Shown: positions 34,490 to 38,251 of the stretch, piece after piece
How the letters are laid out: the number at the start of each line of letters is the position of its first letter
Position numbering within the stretch: the first letter of the stretch is position 1
The notes under the pieces: model-generated
The model's database searches: none
What the model was told of the DNA's origin: nothing
The model's input: the letters and a program-made list of their open reading frames with translations, nothing else
Made by a program: the position numbers and the translations under genes
Assembly: GCA_049999805.1 (NCBI GenBank)
Contig: JBNGIO010002628.1
Span: forward strand, 1-38,251
Direction of reading: 5' to 3'
From: Folioceros fuciformis
Taxonomy: Eukaryota
DNA: 38,251 nucleotides

Positions 34490-34889
34490 TCAGAGGGAGT
34501 ATGTGTGTGAGCTGGACAGGACAGATTGACGACATGTATGCGACCTTGTGATATGCGTCGGTCCTCCAGGGAGATCGGCCATGCAAAACCGGAGTGTCTT
34601 TTTTCAGCGTGAGCTAGTAGGGCGCATGCGTTGCAGGGTGTGGTTCCTTTTGCCGCCAAGTGTTAAAGCAAGTTCATGTGCCGCAACAGCTAGCGTCATT
34701 ACAAGCGACATTCCCACAGATTCCACGAGTCTGGGATGTTGGCCTGGGCGGTCGAATTGCCAGCAGGGGTGATCCGAATACTAGATATGTGTGAGGAGTG
34801 AATGCTGCCCATCCAGCCTAGACAGGCTTCACTTACTGTTAGTGTGGACGGTCAGTCCTGGATCGGGTTTCCTGTACAGTGGCTCGGTA

Positions 34890-35831
34890 CTAGCAAACCT
34901 CCAATTCCTCTCGCACAGGATGATATGCAGGAGCGATGGACACCCGTCGCAGCTCCACCACATATTCCAATTCAGCCCCCCCTGGCACCCTCATATCCCC
35001 GGGAAACTGTGCTCCTGCTTCACCAAAGCCAAGCTCCGCGGGGATGATTGCTCGCCTTTTCCCACCGGCCCTCATGCTGACCAGCACGCTCTCCAGGCCT
35101 TCACACATGCCATTCGAGTAGGGCCTAGACCCGAACACAAAAGCCAGAGCCCGCTTCTCGCCGGCCGTTGTATCTACAAACGGCTGCTCCGCATCGCTCA
35201 CTCTGCCGGTCAAGTCTACGAGCACCAGGTCGCCACGCTGTGGCGAGGAACCCCCTCCCACTCGCAAATCCGCATACCGGATCCCGATAGGCAGCACAAC
35301 TTCTTCGGCATCCTCCACGTCCCTGCACCACACCCCAGATGACAAAAGTGACGCCCGTCACAAGACGCCATCCGTCACCAGCACAAGTGAGGAAGCCCCC
35401 GAGCTCAACAACACATACCTGGTGCCCTGTTCTTCCAGAAACACCTCAGTCCGGGTTTTGATCTGCTCCGAAATCACCCCAAATGCCAGGAACCCAACCC
35501 ACGCCAGCCCCGCTCCGAGGCCAAACCTCCTGGTAATCGACGAGGAGATCCAGTCGGTGGATTCCGGCGTCCTAGCAAACCTCCCAGCCGGCCTCCCAGC
35601 CGCCGGAGCATCAAGATCGTCTCTCCCCCTCGTCCCACCGTCCCCATCCGACTCCCCCTCCCTGCCACTCGTGGACGGCAACGAGGAGGCGGCACTCTCC
35701 TCCACACCAGCGCACCGCAAGCGACAGGGTGCGAGGCGATAGGAAGCACGGCCGTGGGCTGGGACAATCGGAGACCCCAACCCGAACCTTCCTCCAGTAA
35801 CCCCTAGAGCCATACCGAGAGCAGCTGCCAT
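34890..35831 (-). CDS. FKBP17-2: Chloroplast FKBP-type peptidyl-prolyl isomerase FKBP17-2/17-3-like, 2 exons (35831-35419, 35322-34890), 281 aa
   Basis: STDWI.SS.TRRFGLGAGLAW.GFLAFGVISEQIKTR and FKBP domain GIRY.DLRVGGG, CEG.E.VL.SM.AGGKRR, LGFG, VSIAPA. Confidence 0.9.
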
Positions 35832-36928
35832 GATCCCGACCCCAGCTCCACCTCACACGGATAGCGCCAGCCCAGCCCTCCCGACTCCCATCCCTCACTC
35901 ACGCCACAGAAACGACCGAATCCCCGCAGAACCCCTGGTGTGGAGACTTCCCATTCGCGGATCCAAGTTCCGTTGGCGGATCTCACGTCCGGATCACGGT
36001 CCAGGGTATAGCGTGCGGGGTCTGGCGTTGCTGAGTCCGAGGGGCGGCGTGCTGGTGCTGCTCGTGGCTCGTGCTCGTGCTCCTCCCTTCTCTTTCTTGT
36101 CGGTTCTCCCGATGCCATCATCCACAATATCCGGTGGTGCCAGGATCCGATCCCAGTAGCCGGTCATCTTTTTCCTCTCCAAGGGAGTTGAACGGTTGTT
36201 AGACTCGGGTCAAGCTGGGCTGGCGTTCCCAACGCGGCCCCCATCCGCGGGGGGATAGACTGGCACACAACGCGCTGTGCGAGGAGCAAATCACACATTC
36301 TCGCATGCAGTACCTTGGATTACTTGGATTGCGAGCTTCTGTTCTGATTCTTTTCGTCTACCAGGCGACTAGCTCTTCCTCTTGCTCAGGCTCTTGCAAG
36401 CAGTGCATGTGAATGACCTAATCGCATCAAAGCTTCCAGGTGAGGCACCCCACCATAATGGCCACGCCGGCATCGTGTCCAACCCCGCTCCGACAGGGCT
36501 CGGATGCTGCACGGTTTCAGCCCTTCTACCTCGTATCGGATCCTCCGTCCTAGGAGCAAACACTCTCCCTTCTCCACTCCTTTCTCCCCCAAACTTTTTG
36601 GCCATGCGTTTCTGTCCTAACTCCTTGCTTTCTGCCTAGTCCATCCCACAAAGTTTAGGGTTCCGTCACTTTTACTTGTTCTGTTGATATTTCATCCAAG
36701 GATTCATTCCACTCGTGCTGGCCGTCTCCAGCATGACACCATATTCTTTCTCTCCATCAATTCTAACTAGTCACTTTTATATTCAATCAATATGGATTCC
36801 TTCTTATGTAGTTAGCACCCCAATGTACAAATGCAAGTACCTTAAAAGAGATAGCAAACTCATCTACATCAAGGAGGAACAACTCACTAAAACCTTTAGT
36901 GGGTTGTTCCTTCAATAACTGAAGGACT

Positions 36929-37270
36929 GAGAGAGCGACAGTGGTACCTTTCGAACACTCGAGAGAGCGACAGTGGTACCTTTCGAACACTCGTGCTTGA
37001 GCAACCTACCCTCGAGTATGTAATGCCTAGACCTTTCGAACACCCGTGCCTGAGGAACCTACCCTCAAGTATGTAATGCCTAGAGGCGACACCAAAGAGT
37101 ATGTCACATTCAAAGTCGAGGGAAGACCTCCATTATTTCTGACACGCTAAAGTCAGACACCCAAAAGTATGTCAGAATCGTGTCCAAGACGCACTTGCAT
37201 TGTGCGAGACCCAAAGTCTGACACCCAAAAAAGTATGTAAAAATCTTGTCCACGAAGGACTTGAATTATG
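36929..37270. repeat. Chained tandem duplications (2 x 32 bp, 2 x 53 bp, ~2 x 63 bp); probable TE-derived DNA
   Basis: 36929-36960 equals 36961-36992; 36979-37031 resembles 37032-37084; AAAGTC.GACACCCAAAA..GTATGT.A occurs twice at 37148-37270. Confidence 0.85.
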
Positions 37271-38251
37271 TTTCCTGTCATGGAAGGACCACTATTATGT
37301 TTGCCCTGAGACCAGAATATCCTAGTACAAGTGAGTTTCTACGGTGCCTCCGGCGAATATGTCATAGTCATAGTCCGAGTCGAGGAAAGATCTATCTATC
37401 TACGAAGAATATTTGTTTGTGTTCTACACTAGTTATGGTCGTCCTATTCAGTGTGTTGTAGGGCGATGTACTTGTGGTGTGGAATCCAAAGAAAACCGGC
37501 ATGCCTCCGGTTGTTGTTTTGGAGAGATGGGTGTGTAGATTATAGTTTTGATTGTGAGACATAGTTGGGCTTGTGAATCTCAAGTACTGCTTGAGCTGAT
37601 TCGAAGGGACTTGGGCACTGACTGCATGTATCCACACGGCATCGGGGTGGGTGTTTGGTGCCCATAATTAACGAGGGCTTAAGTCAACCAGTTGGGAGTT
37701 TGCACGTACTTTACGAGTGTGAAAGCGGAAGACGAAGTGGCGAGGATGATTCAGGATCGAGTGGATAAACGGTGACATGTCATTGGGGCCAAAATATCTA
37801 AAAGGGGGTGACCGGGAGGAGGCGGTGGAGCCGGTAAGTCGTGCAGGGAAGGAACGGGTTCCGGGAAACTAGTTACCGAAACAGGAAGTGGCAACGCAGT
37901 CAAGCCCTAGGAATAGTTTACCCGGCGGGATCCATAAACAGAAGCGGAACTCGGGACTGTCCGGGCATGCGTTCACACAAAGGACCACGTGCAATTCTTT
38001 CCGCGACCGCTGTCGAGTCGAGTTTCCATCTTGGGTGTTGCAGTCTTCGACTTATGCTTCACCAGGCCTTAAGATTCCGTGTAAACCCCTATTTGGTATC
38101 GAGACTCACGAGAGTTATTAAAGCTGTTCCTTCGGCCTCGTTTCCTCCTCGTACCGAGACCGTCAACCTGGTCAAGCTCTATATGTGCGAGCCTGGTGGC
38201 AGGTTTCAGATCCAGCCTTCCTCTGCTCTTCTCGCGCCGCGATCGGACGGC

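Overview
Eukaryotic nuclear DNA from a compact land-plant genome: GC-rich exons, GT-AG introns of about 65-150 nt and very short intergenic spacers. A non-seed plant such as a hornwort is plausible but cannot be proven from this window. The left part (1-15.3 kb) is a duplication and decay zone. It holds an intact RabC/Rab18 gene, an initiator tRNA-Met gene and its pseudogene (each preceded by the same unexplained 265-bp element), a decayed double-RNase-H ORF with tandem-repeat arrays between them, an intact and a dead copy of an uncharacterised plant 'YIPPHLR' protein gene, and three GH9 endoglucanase pseudogenes. The middle holds an intact 8-exon GH9 gene, a PADRE/DUF4228 gene, an intronless VKOR-only LTO1-like gene, a decayed Ty1/copia element with both LTRs, TSD, PBS and PPT, and a MITE-like element. 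The right part is a tightly packed block of conserved genes (MESD-like chaperone, renalase-like FAD oxidoreductase, small plastid membrane protein, PPR protein, FKBP17-2) followed by repeat DNA. Gene models were spliced by hand, and family assignments rest on remembered motifs, not database searches. The best leads are the tRNA-linked conserved element with the double RNase H, the thioredoxin-less LTO1 paralogue, and GH9 copies lacking only their 5' introns. None is proven to be a new system.
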